This document shows, in pieces, positions 1 to 13,799 of a stretch of DNA of 64,000 bases. The stretch is from the human T2T-CHM13v2.0 reference genome, Homo sapiens: NCBI RefSeq assembly GCF_009914755.1, contig NC_060944.1; one strand, written 5' to 3'. Below the pieces are notes generated by a model. It did not search any database. It was not told the origin of the DNA and saw only the letters and a list, made by a program, of their open reading frames with translations. A program made the position numbers and the translations under genes. Every line of letters starts with the position of its first letter. The stretch's first letter is position 1.

Positions 1-654
1 AGCCAGCCTCCCCTTCTCCCCAGATATGCACATGGCCAAGCTTGGTTTTACCCACTCTCTTCAAAGATTAGTGGATTTGAGGTCGGGAAACCTGAACAGG
101 AAGACCAGTTGTGCTGTTTAACCAGTCAGCTGAATTTTGACCAACCTATTAACCTTTCTAGGTTCTTGTTTTCTCACTTGTAAGGTAGGGAGAATAGTGT
201 CTACCTTACAGAATATATACAAATACTGCAGAATCAACAGCATGGTACAAGAGTGGTACATTTGTACGTTCGTTGTTCTTCCACTAGCTTTGACAAAAAC
301 CGGCTAGTTTTTGAAGAAGGTGGATTGCATAATACTTGAATTGACTGTTTAGAAATAAATTACCCCTATATTTTATTTATTTATGGACCTTTGCTAATTT
401 TGAGAAGAAATTTGTGTTTTCTCTTCCTTGTGTAATATTCATTTGTTTTATAGTGAAAAGTTGCCAGTACATTTTCAGGTATAATCTTTAAAAAGGTGGC
501 CACCACATCAGCTTAAAATACTGCTAGCATTGCCCTGCCCACCACCCAAAGTGTCACTACATACCTGAGAAGGACATGACCAGTGCATTTTTCCCATTTC
601 TGAAAACCCTTGGAATGCACTAGCTATTCGGGAAGGCTGTAAATCATTATTTTA

Positions 655-725
655 AAGAGAGGAGGGAGGGAGGGGGAAGGAAAGAAAGAGAGGAGGGAAG
701 CAGGAAGGTGGGAAGAGAGGGAGGG
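655..725 (+). repeat. GA-rich low-complexity polypurine tract
   Basis: aagagaggagggagggagggggaaggaaagaaagagaggagggaag. Confidence 0.7.
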
Positions 726-2103
726 TTGATGGTAATGATGTCTGCCCATGGAGCTGGCACCTGTGCTGGCCAGAGGGATCAAGGTTTTGAAGGCACACAG
801 GTTCAGATTGTGACATGGAAAGCCAGATGTCTTTCAGAGAAACCCTGTGAAGCTCTTTTTACCTTTTCACATTACCCTGATATTCAAGGGACCTTACATT
901 GTGCTTCAAAAGTTCAGGCTCTGACCTATCATGCTATTTTCTTCAGAACACGGCAGATCACTTATTGGGTCCTTAAAAAAACTCCCTTTTATAAACTTAG
1001 GTGGTAAAGTAACAGTTGGACACAGGCATAACCTAAACTTTTTGTGTCAGTGGATTATAATATGTGGGCTTTCCCAAAGAGTTGCTTTAGGCCCTGGCCC
1101 CTTGGACCTGTGATTTGAATCCTTTTCTTTGTCCTTTACATGGGTGCTCGTCTCATCTCATTTTTATTGTAGCCCCTTCTGAGGTTTGTGCTTTTTGGAT
1201 GAGGTCACATGGTAGATAGGGGGTGCAGGGGGCTTTCTGTTTGCATTCACTGGCCCAGAATACTGTGGTTTTGGCCCCTTGCTCCATGATACATACTATC
1301 AACTAGAGATGGTTTTGAATTATTTAATCTGGACCTCAGCAAAATAGGTACACTTAAATAGAGATTGAAGAAAGGGAGGTTGGAATTTTTTCCTCCTGAG
1401 ATTTCAAATGTAAGGAATAAAGAACTTTTTGAATTAACGAATTGTTTTGAGGCAGTGGGGATCTTCCCATTTGTTCTAGCTTTACAAAATTAAATCTATT
1501 TTCTGAACTGTACGGTGGGAAAATATTTTTAAGGTACATAATTTCTGAAAATGTCTTTGTGGTAAGCTGTTAGTGGTTGTGGATTTTTTTTTTTTTTTAG
1601 TGCTTCAGTTAATAATGAGGGAGTTTTCCATTAATATTCCAAACCATGTTTGCCAGCGGATACAGCAGGTGAAGTGGTAAAATTATGGGCCCATCAAAAA
1701 TACTTATGCTTCCTGTAATATGATATTAAGTTTAATATTTTTATAACCTTCACTGAATTCTAATTTCACTAAAGTAGCAAGCATGCGTCCATTTGCAGTT
1801 CAGTTATGCACATTGGTTGCCTGTGTCCCAAGCAAATTAGAAATGCAAAATATCTGTGTGTGGAGGGGGGCATTGGAAAGAGTCATTAAAGATACCGATA
1901 TTTAGTTACAGATACACTTTACTAAGTGTACCTTGGGAATTGAAAATGGATTAAAGACAAACACAAAACTCCCAGTGTCTGAATCTGTATTTTAAATTAG
2001 AATTCAAAGGATTAAGGAGCAGTATTCATTCCTGACATACAGCCCTTTTCAGCACTCTTTTCAATCACATTTAAAGCATAAAGTTTTTCCAGTAAAATCC
2101 TCA

Positions 2104-2432
<329 letters not shown>

Positions 2433-4644
2433 AAAAATCCTCAGAGCATGAACATCAGCAGCTCTTCTTGGATGAAAACATTGATCAGTTAATTTAAATG
2501 GATAGTATTGTGATTAATAATCCTTTTAAGATTTCCCTGACTCAGTTTAATGTAGCTGTTTGGTGGCCCTGGAGCAGTCAACCAGGAGTGCACCTTTCAG
2601 GTGCACTAGGGTATAAACGCACAGAGCCCTTAGACAAAGAAGCCAAACATTTATCCATCAAGCACTGATAGTGGGAGCTGCATTTGGGGAGTTTGAGCTT
2701 CTTAACAGCAACATTCTTCTTTGTTTGATTGTTTGCTTTGGAAGTCTCTGATAAGCGAAACTTTTTTATAAGTGGTTTCCATGAACCAGGCTTATTACTC
2801 TCAGATAAGAACAACTCACATTCATACTTTAAAAGATGTCTTTAATCTTTTTCAGCAGATGAGAGATTCTGCTTAAACAAAAAGTAGAAAAAAGAAAATT
2901 ACCAACAAAAATTCAGCTTAATTACGCTTTTAAGGGTTTTTACAAGTTTACTGTAATACTTAGGTTTTTAAGGAAGAATTGTTACTTTTTTTGTGACTAT
3001 GACACAGTTTATTCTTTACATTTTTAAATATCAAGATCAAGAGGACTTACACATTTTGTCTACCTCAGTTAGCTGAAGGTAACTTCAACTCTGTACAGCA
3101 TAACTGAGAAGCAAAAAATAAGCAAAGTTTTAAGAAGCCAAAAGTGATTTTCTTTTCACTCATTATGGGTCCTTGCATACTTACACACTTGAGGGCTCTC
3201 CAGTCTTGAATCTTGTCTTGTTTATTCTTACCTTAGATTTACTGTTAACCCTGTCCTGGTTGCCAGCTCATCACAGATGAGAATAAAGGGAAAGGGGTAC
3301 AGAGGTGGCCACGTTGAAAGCGGCCCATGTGACAGTGCATAGCAGACAGTGGACGGGCTGGGCAAGAACACCACCGAGAGCAAGTGCAGGGAGCATTCAG
3401 AAATAACAGTGGGGAGCTGGAATTCCTTAAGCCTCGGGGAATTGTTCTCCATGTTTTAGGTGATCAGCCCCAAGAGACACAGCTTGCAGGTTTCATTAAG
3501 ATGGTATATAATGGGGGTTCATGTCACAACATAAGAGTAATCAGAAAAGGGGTATGTTGTATTCCATTATAAATGTTAGAGGAGATTGAAAAGTATGTTG
3601 GATTTTTGAAAAAGATTTACATTTTAAAAGATATTTATAAAAAAGAGTGAATAAGCCTTGTTATTTGGCCAGTGCCTGTATATAGCAGTCCTCATCTTCC
3701 ATTGATACTGGAGAAAGGAGACCTCACTGTCAGCACATTTGTACTAGTCTCAGCACAAACAAATTAATCAGACTGTGAGGAGTTTGTTTTCTAAGACAGA
3801 ATACACGAACTGGAAAATCCTGTAGAGAACACAAAGACACTTCAGTGTTAACTGATTTATAAATAAATGCAATTCATTATTTATTTGCTAGACTCAGAGT
3901 TCCATCCATGGGCCCCTGAATAGGCAGAGGTCCACCAAGGTGGTCATGATCTCAACGTGTTCTGGACCCTAAAGGATATAATAAATTTGCTCACAGTCTA
4001 ACTAAAATGTCCAGCTTCTTTGCTTTAGGCTAGAATTATATCACCTTGTTTAGGTAATGCTGGTTATCTCCAGCTTATCAGGAGCTCTGCTTGGCATTTA
4101 TGTATCTGTGTCTTTGATTAGTCTCAAAAAAGTGGATCAGTGACTTCATTCCGACCCTGTAAGCACCATATGGTAGAGGACAGTCTTTCTCTATGCAGGC
4201 TTTGTGAGAGGACGGGGAGTGCGAGACTGAGGGCACTGCCATGAGAAACTGGAAGCCCTGTCTTGCCCTCTTGGAAGGGAGGGAGTGACTCTGGGAAGTG
4301 GGACAGAAGAAAAGCCAGCTGGTGGGGGTAAAGAAGGGTTTCCTCTTTGGGCTTCTCCAAGGATATTTCTAGGGAGAGCATGATTCAGGAACGCTTTGAA
4401 TGTTGGAAGAGAAGAAGGTGCAAACCTGTTAGCTAACGCAAAAAATGCAAATTAGCACCCAGAATGTGAGCTATTAAAACATTAAGTTCTGGTCTCAGTC
4501 TCATTGGGGAGAAAAAGCAAACATGTCAGAAGGAGCTTAGGAGTCTTGGAGTTGACAGTCTCCCAATAAAGTAAGGTGCCCACAGTAGGAACTGTGGTAT
4601 GAAATGGTGTTTCAGCAGGAACTGCAGTGTTAGGAGGTATAGTA

Positions 4645-4832
4645 CAGCACAGATTTTCCAGGTGTGTACCCTGGGCCAGCAGCAGCAGCAGCCCACTTGG
4701 GGACCTGTTAGAAATTGGAGTGCTCATTCTCACTGCAGCCCTGCTAACACAAAAATTCCGGAGGTGGGGTCCAGCAGTCTGTGTTGTAGCAAACATTCGT
4801 GGTGACTCTGATACTCACTGAAGTTTGAGAAC
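4645..4832. mobile_element. MER5A-like hAT-Charlie MITE
   Basis: cagcagc...ttagaaat...ggggtccagcagtctgtgtt...ggtgactctgat...aagtttgagaac resembles MER5A. Confidence 0.7.
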
Positions 4833-4869
4833 TTTTCCCTCCAGAATTCTTATTTAAATTTTATTATAT

Positions 4870-5172
<303 letters not shown>

Positions 5173-5174
5173 TT

Positions 5175-5341
5175 GTTTGTTTAGTTATTTATGGAGTTGG
5201 GGTCTTGCTGTGCTGTCTAGCCTGGAGTGCATGCCGCTCTCATAGCTCACTGTAGCCCCAAATTTCTGGGCTCAAGCAGTCTTCTTGCCTCAGCCTCCCA
5301 AGTAGCTGGGACTACAGACATGCACCACCATGCCTGGCTAT
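5175..5341 (-). mobile_element. Alu right-arm fragment (FRAM/AluJ-like)
   Basis: gggtcttgctgtgctgtctagcctggagtgc...accatgcctggcta. Confidence 0.8.
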
Positions 5342-5904
5342 TCCTTACAGAGTTCTGTTAGTGGATTCAGTCCTGGAAGATGGGGTATATTGACATGTGA
5401 GTAGGGTAAGGGAGAATCAAGAGAAACGTGTCAGGCAGGGCCGACATGATAAGGGAGACTTTGATGATGATAGGAGAGCATCACTGGGTGTAAGGACATA
5501 GGGGCATGATGTGTGGCCTGAGTGATGCGCACACCTGTTGGAGCAGAAGGGAGGCCTGCCAATAAGAGACCAAGAAATCCAAGAAGGGCCAGATTGTGAA
5601 AAGCTGAACTGATTGCCTTTTACTTAGGAAATAGTTACTCTTATAGGAGGTTTTTGATCTGAGGAATTACCATGATACAAGTAGGGTATTAAGGTACGAT
5701 TAAATTTGTGGAGTTTGTAGGGGCTAGGCAGGGTGATTTGGATGGGAAAGAAACTAGAAGAAACTTGGAAAAATCTAGAAGGATCTGTGGGCCTCAGCTG
5801 AGATTGTGGGCACGTAAAATGTGGAGAGAGAGATTTCGAAGATAAGATTGTGAGATTAAAAAAAAGTGAAGCATGTGCTGTAGTACTTGTTAGACTTTAT
5901 TTGC

Positions 5905-7102
5905 TCTGTTACCGTTATAATGCAGACGAAAGTGATCTGTGATCTGTTACCATTATGATGCAGGCGAAAGTGATCTGTGATCTTTTACCATTATGATGCA
6001 GGCGAAAGTGACCTGTGATCTGTTACCATTATGATGCAGACGAAAGTGATCCGTGATCTGTTACCGTTATGATGCAGGCGAAAGTGATCTGTGATCTGTT
6101 ACCATTATGATGCAGGTCCATGATCTGTTACCATTATGATGCAGACGAAAGTGATCTGTGATCTGTTACCATTATGATGCAGGCGAAAGTGATCCGTGAT
6201 CTGTTACAATTATGATGCAGGCGAAAGTGATCCGTGATCTGTTACCATTATGATGCAGGCGAAAGTGATCTGTGATCTGTGATCTGTTACCATTATGATG
6301 CAGGCGAAAGTGATCCGTGATCTGTTACCATTATGATGCAGGTGAAGGTGGTCCGTGATCTGTTACCATTATGATGCAGGTCCATGATCTGTTACCATTA
6401 TGATGCAGACGAAAGTGATCCGTGATCTGTTACCATTATGATGCAGGTGAAAGTGATCCGTGATCTGTTACCATTATGATGCAGACGAAAGTGATCCGTG
6501 ATCTGTTACCATTAGATGCAGGTGAAAGTGATCCGTGATCTGTTACCATTATGATGCAGGCAAAAGTGATTTGTGATCTCGTAGCATTATGATGCAGGCA
6601 AAAGTGATCTGTGATCTGTTACCATTATGATGCAGGCAAAAGTGATCTGTGATCTGTTACCATTATGATGCAGGTGAAAGTGATCTGTGATCTGTTACCA
6701 TTATGATGCAGGCAGAAGTGATCTGTGATCTGTTACCATTATGCTGCAGATGAAAGTGATCTGTTACCATTATGATGCAGGCAGAAGTGATCTGTGATCT
6801 GTTACCATTATGATGCAGATGAAAGTGATCTGTGATCTGTTACCATTATGATGCAGGCGAAAGTGATCTGTGATCTGTTACCATTATGATGCTGGTGAAA
6901 GTGATCTGTGATCTGTTACCATTATGATGCAGGCGAAAGTGATCTGTGATCTGTTACCATTATGATGCAGGCGAAAGTGATCTGTGATCTGTTACCATTA
7001 TGATGCAGGCGAAAGTGATCTGTGATCTGTTACCATTATGATGCAGGCGAAAGTGATCTGTGATCTGTTACCATTATGATGCAGGCGAAAGTGATCTGTG
7101 AT
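5905..7102. repeat. Minisatellite, 38-bp unit GTGATCTGTGATCTGTTACCATTATGATGCAGGCGAAA, about 32 copies
   Basis: Period 38 read directly (6901 to 6939); variant units of 29, 31, 37 and 45 bp. Confidence 0.98.
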
Positions 7103-7557
7103 TTGCTTGGGTTCTCAGAAGCAGCATTTAACTGCATTTAATCAAGTCATCATTACTCCAAGGGGTGTGTGTGTATGTTTTAAGTAGCGTATCTTCTGTG
7201 TTTCTTCTCTGTTCAGGCAACTCTGATCTTAATGATCCAATGTTTTATGACCCCAAAGGCCCTTTCTTAACAGGATCCCAGTTTGCAATCTGTAATACAA
7301 CAGGCATTGTATCACAAAGCATTAATGTAGATGAGTAGTGACCTGGCTTCCAGGCTGTCTTCTGGTAACAGGCTTCTGTTTAGTGTAGTATCAGCAGATA
7401 CATTTTAAAAGTAGGATAGATGGTTCATTTAAGAGGGCTTTATCATCAGTATTCACTTGAATACCAGAGATACTGGTGAATACCATTTGGTGTAGCGTAA
7501 CAGTGCTTAAACTTTTTGGTCTCAGGACCCCTTTAAATTCTTAAAAATGAAGATGCA

Positions 7558-7682
7558 GCTGGGCACAGTGGCAGGCACCTATAGTCCTAGCTACTCAGGA
7601 GGCTAAGGCGGGAGGATCACTTGAGCCCAGGAGTTGGAGGCCAGTCTGGACAACATAGCAAGACCCCATCTCTTGAAAAAAA
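7558..7682 (+). mobile_element. FLAM_A-like Alu monomer (duplicated copy)
   Basis: gctgggcacagtggcaggcacctatagtcctagctac...gaccccatctctt then A run. Confidence 0.85.
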
Positions 7683-8978
7683 GTGAAAGTGAAATAAATT
7701 TAAGTTAATGGCAAACTCTTTTATAGTCTGCCATGGTAAAAAGTACATAATTTCTGTCACAATTTGCACATATGGAGCTGAAAGAACTAATGATTAGCAA
7801 CATTCTGTCATGTTTTTATAAAGTTCCCACTAACAGGATAGAGCAAATTGAATTTGACATGAGATGATAGTAGCTGAGAAATACAAACTCTTTGATGTGA
7901 GTTAGGGGCCATGTTATGCAGGATGTGGATACTGAGATACTCCAGAAGTTTATGAAGTTTCACAGAATCTGGGTGTCCCAAGTCCTCACTGTGGCTCGCT
8001 GATGTAGGAGCCCACAAGCCAAGGAGAGCTGGTGATGAAAAACACCCCCATTTGCTGTTCCAGGCTGGTAGAAATCTAGAAGTGAGTCTTTGGGGCCTGA
8101 GCTGAGATTGTAGGCGTGTAAATGCGAAGAGATTTCAAAGATGAGATTCTGAGATTTAAAAAATGAAGCATATGCCATGGTGCTTGTTAGACTTTTTTTT
8201 TTTTTTCCAAAGCAGAAAACTTTTCTCAGATCAAAAACCTCCCATAACTACCCACCTTATACCCAGAACTTCCTGAAAGTTGACATGCCGGTAGGGCACA
8301 GTTTTTATTCCCAATTGAAAAGTTTCCATTCACCAATGCATGTAGGCATCTGTGTATATATCTCCTCAGTCCTCCGCTTTTGCAGAAGGGCTGTTGGACC
8401 TGCTACCTCAGGCTGTCGCCGGTGCTCTGTTAAAGTGATTGCTTACACCCACTGCCTTGTGTGCTTGCATGCCTGTTTATGTCTTCTCCTCTGCCCATGA
8501 AATGGTCCTTCCATGTCTACACTGTGGTGACTTGGTAGGTAGGATGTTCTAGGCCTGGAGCTGTGCTGGTGACATCTGTAAGGTCTGCAGTAAGGGGGCA
8601 GTATATCTCAGACAGTGCCCTTTTGTGGAGGTAGAGCAAGCAGTTGCAAAGGCCTTTGATTAGAGGAGCATAGGGAACGCCCATTCCTTCCGTAAGGGAT
8701 GTGTGTGCATGCATATGTGCCTCTATTTTCACCTGAGGGCCAGGTACGTCCCGAAAACTCAAGACCTGGTTTGTGTAAATCTCCTTTCTCTTTTTAAACT
8801 GCAGATTCTCCCAAGAGGGGTACTACACAGAGCCACCAGTGTGTTATTACTTGGCCGCATTGACTTATTTAACTATATTTTTACCTCCTGGAGGGCCTGT
8901 GAGACCATTTGGTGTAGCATAACAGTGCTCAAACTTTTTGGTCTCAGGACCCCTTTACATTCTTAAAAATGAAGACGC

Positions 8979-9108
8979 AGCTGGGCACAGTGACAGGCAC
9001 CTATAGTCCTAGCTACTCAGGAGGCAAGGCAGGAGGATCACTTGAGCCCAGGAGTTGTAGGCCAGCCTGGACAACATAGCAAGACCTCATCTCTTAAAAA
9101 AAAAAAAA
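8979..9108 (+). mobile_element. FLAM_A-like Alu monomer
   Basis: Same sequence type as 7558-7682, inserted in the Charlie1 end. Confidence 0.85.
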
Positions 9109-9296
9109 GTAAGACCCAAAAAGCTTTTGGTTTGTGGGGTATATCAATATTTATTATATTAAAAATTAAACTGAAAATTCATATAATTATTTAAGAATAA
9201 CATAATTACATGTTAACAGAGTAACATTTTTAATGAAAAGTAACTTTTCAAAAAAATTAGGAGACTGATACTTGACATTTTTTCATTTTTTGCCAA

Positions 9297-9611
9297 TTTT
9301 TCTTTTTTTTTTTGAGGTGGAGTCTCTGTCGCTCAGGCTGTAATGCAGTGGCACAATCTTGCCACTGCACTCCAGCATGAGGGACAGAGTGAGACTCCAT
9401 CCTCCCAGGTTCAAGTGATTCTCATGCCTCAGCCTCCCGAATAGCTGGGATTACAGGTGCCCACCACCGTGCCTGGCTAATTTTTGTATTTTCAGTAGAG
9501 ACAGGTTTTGCCTCTTGGCCAGGCTGGTCACAGACTCCTGGCCTCAGGTGATCCACCCACCTTGGCCTCCCAAAGTTCTGGGATTACAGCCATGAGCTGC
9601 TGTGCCTGGCC
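9297..9611 (-). mobile_element. Alu with internal fold-back segment
   Basis: Antisense AluS-type dimer; 9361-9399 is in the sense orientation. Confidence 0.9.
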
Positions 9612-9622
9612 TGCAAATTTCA

Positions 9623-9926
<304 letters not shown>

Positions 9927-10605
9927 TGCACATTTCTTTAGTGTCTGTTTCAATAGAAGACAGGCTGGATGCTCATATCTGCTTCTGCATTTAGTCTGTT
10001 AGGATGTGTTCTTTTGGTGAATGCATATGAAGAAAAACTGCTGTCACCACAGATATGTAGTTGGAAAAGGGGAGAGTATGTTTAATTGCTTTTTCAGATA
10101 AATCTGAACATTCTTCGATACTACACCAAAACTTGACAAGTGTTACTTTCTTCAAGGTTATTAGTATGATGTGGAATCTGAAGCCATGTCTGTGACTTTT
10201 TGAACATTGTTTCACTAAAACACATCAGTCTCTGTTGTACTTTGAATGGATTTTGTGATATCATGCATGGATTGTTTGGAAACCATTTGCTGAGTGTTGC
10301 AGAGCTTCCAAATGTTGGCATATTGCATTGTACACTCACAAAAAAATCACATTCATTTCTTTTCCTGATGATCTCATTGGAAAAGTCTGTAAGTATTTGC
10401 AGAACCATGAAGCTCTGGTTGGCAGATGAAAGTATTCCACAATTATAATTTTTACCTAAAAGCCTGTATTTTATCATTGACAGTAACTACTGTAAATTGT
10501 TTTTCTCTAGAGTCAAAGCCAGGTTTGAGCCCTGGCACTCTTGTTTAATACGCTGGCCATGGGACCCAGGTGAGCCCACTTAGCGCCTTTCTGAGCCCTT
10601 ATCTT

Positions 10606-10909
<304 letters not shown>

Positions 10910-12269
10910 AGCCCTTATCTTTTTATCTTGAAAAAGGAGACGTGCTGCTTGGATGGATTGTTGTGAGTAGTAAATGGGAGCACTAAGGAGAATTTGCCTT
11001 CTATGGTACCTATTACACAGGAGGCATGAGTAAAGATTCTTTTCCTTTCTTTCCTTCTTGGGCCATCATGAAAGTATTGGGGATGAAGAAGCTGAGGGAT
11101 GATGGAGAAATGGAAAGGAAGGACCTGTTTTCCCTTGGGGCATTCTTAGAACCCAGGCAGAGCTCTGGACACAGTGCTCTTGGCTGTACTTTTTTACTCC
11201 CACTGCCTCTAGGAAGGTGATGAATGGGAAGGGGCAGGCAGAGCTTCCTGGGGCTGTTTTTTGGGGGTGTGTTCTGTTCTCTGGACCCATTGGTTTTTGT
11301 ATTTCATCTAAATAGCTTCTCTAAAAATTAGCATTTTCCTTGGATTGCTGTCATGTGAGCATCAGGGATCTTTACAAATAAACCTTGTTCCTCCTCAGAG
11401 CTCTCCAGAGTGGTAGACTTGGGAGTGGTGCAATAGCTGTTCACAGCTGGGAGAACAGAGTCTCAAGGGTAAGACGGTGTTTACTACTAGATCTGTGCCC
11501 TGCCAAAAATCTAAGAGTAGTTCAGGTCAAAGTTCTCTTCTTTCCTAAACTGAAAAATACCAGAGCATGATTTTGTCACAGCCAAGGAAGACCTGAAATT
11601 CTTAAAACTGAATTCACTTTAATTTTAGAAAGGGAACATTAATCTAACAGTGAATCCCAGCTCCAAAGAAGGTTGACAGTCCCTGTCCAGGAAGGTTCAC
11701 AGAGCATGTAAAGACATTGGCTCTTTACTTTAAAATGTGTGTTTTCATTATTGCAATCTTAGGGGCAGGAAAAAAACACATTGGGAATTTGGCTTTCAGA
11801 AAAAGCATTGACCTGCCAGTCTGGTCATTTGTCCCTGAGGTTAAGTGTCAAGCCCAGGTCGGTAAATGTTCCAGGTCTGTCTGTAGGAAAGGTCAGCTCT
11901 TGCCAGCTCAGTGATGCCAGAGAAAGAGTTATGTTGATAAAAGGTTTACTCTCTGACAGTTATTGAATTTTGTCCTGAAGAAGTCTCCCAGCAAGGCTTC
12001 CTTGTAGCTCAGGGCCTTCAGGTGGGTCTTGTGGGCAGTGAAGCTGTCTGGGTGACTAGGGACACCAGTGCATTTAAGTCCAATGCATGGTTAGGTCTCA
12101 GTGGACTTTCTCTGTTCCCATGGTGAAGAGTGCTACTGCATCCCTAAGATGGATGGGGGAGGTTGGTATTTCTATCCTGTTTTGTGAATGGTTCCATTAG
12201 CTTTGTCGTGGGGCCTGGGTGCCAGATATAAATCTAGCTCATATTGGAGTGACTAGTGTGGTGAAAGGG

Positions 12270-12830
12270 GTGCTAGACTGCACTTGTAGTCAAGTCTTGG
12301 CTCTTTGTCCCAGTGTTGCCACTTCTTAACATTGTGACTTTGAGGGAGCCACTTCACTTTGTGGAATCCCAGATTCTTCATTTGTAGACCACGGCTATCC
12401 TGCTTTCTATCTGCTGCTGGCTGTGGTTGATTGTGTGGCTCTAGAGGAAGCACCTGGGAAGTCCTAAGTTGGGGTTTCAAGGCAAGAGAATGCTGATGAG
12501 GGCCCAGCAGAAAGGTGGTAGAAGCCCTGCTGGTGAGAAGCATAAGACTTGTACTGTCAGAGGACAAGGCACCAGTCCTTTGTGGTGGCTGTGAACTTAG
12601 GTCCCCACACCAACTGCCTGGGTTTGAGTCTGCACTCCACCAAGGTGTAACCTTGGGCAAATTCACCTCTCTGTGTTCATTCTTTTCATGTGAAAAGTAG
12701 ACACCAGAATAGCCCCTCTCCCCCAACAATAGTACCTACTTTTTAAGGATTAAATGAGATGATGGTAAACCTAAGGGACAGAGCCCAGTTTCTGGCACAT
12801 GGAGATACTCAGTCCATGCCCACTGTTGTG
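12270..12830 (+). mobile_element. MIR fragments (two)
   Basis: ctgcctgggtttgagtctgcactccac...gtgtaaccttgggcaaattcacctctctgtg...ggattaaatgagat. Confidence 0.6.
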
Positions 12831-13610
12831 GTCAAGGCCACAGTAGGCTTTCCCTGCATGTGAAGTTGTCTCAGGGAACTTAACTAGATGTGTGGGTTAG
12901 CCAAAGCCTTGTAGCAAAGTAACATATTTTAAAGCAGCCATCATTTGATAGGAGTAGGCCCAGCTGTACTCTAGGAAGTAGGCTGAAGGGAGCCACTTGG
13001 GGTAGGAAGGCACCTCCCTCCATGCAGTGGGTGTGACTCATCCACAGGATCCTCTGTGTGAGATTTCTCTAGGTTCTTAGGGAAAAAAAAGGGGGAGTAT
13101 AAGCTGATACCGTTTTCCCTGCTGTGTGAGTGTCCTGATTGTAAAAATTTTCTAGCTTTATATTGGCAAAATTGTATTTCAAGGATTACCTTGATTAGCT
13201 ATATGAGAAATGGGTTGGAGAGAAGCTACAACAGTTCCTTAAATGTTCTTAAACATCTTAGATTATTCTATTTAATTCCTGAAGAGATCATTTGGATATG
13301 TTTTCTTGAGCAAAACAGGCAGATGGTGTTGCTACCCAGTTTCCCAATTCTGTAAGGCCTGTAGCAGACATTTACGGTAGGCTTGCAGTAGTGAAAGATC
13401 CATGGACTAGGAATCAGAAGACTGGGTCCTCGGCCTTATTCCCAGCTCTGTCATGCGTGATTTTGTGGCTCTTAGGTTGGTGACCTGCAAAATGGAGATG
13501 TTGGTCATCCTTGCTTACTTCACCAGGGGCGTCCATCCTAAGACATAAGAGAATGCCGGTAAATTGCTTTACAACCAAAGTACAAGTATTAGCATAATAA
13601 ATGGCACTGA

Positions 13611-13799
<189 letters not shown>

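Noticed and set aside
5905-7102. 38-bp repeat array as a CRISPR-like locus
   Set aside because: Units are head-to-tail with no unique spacers, there are no cas genes, and the context is a primate intron
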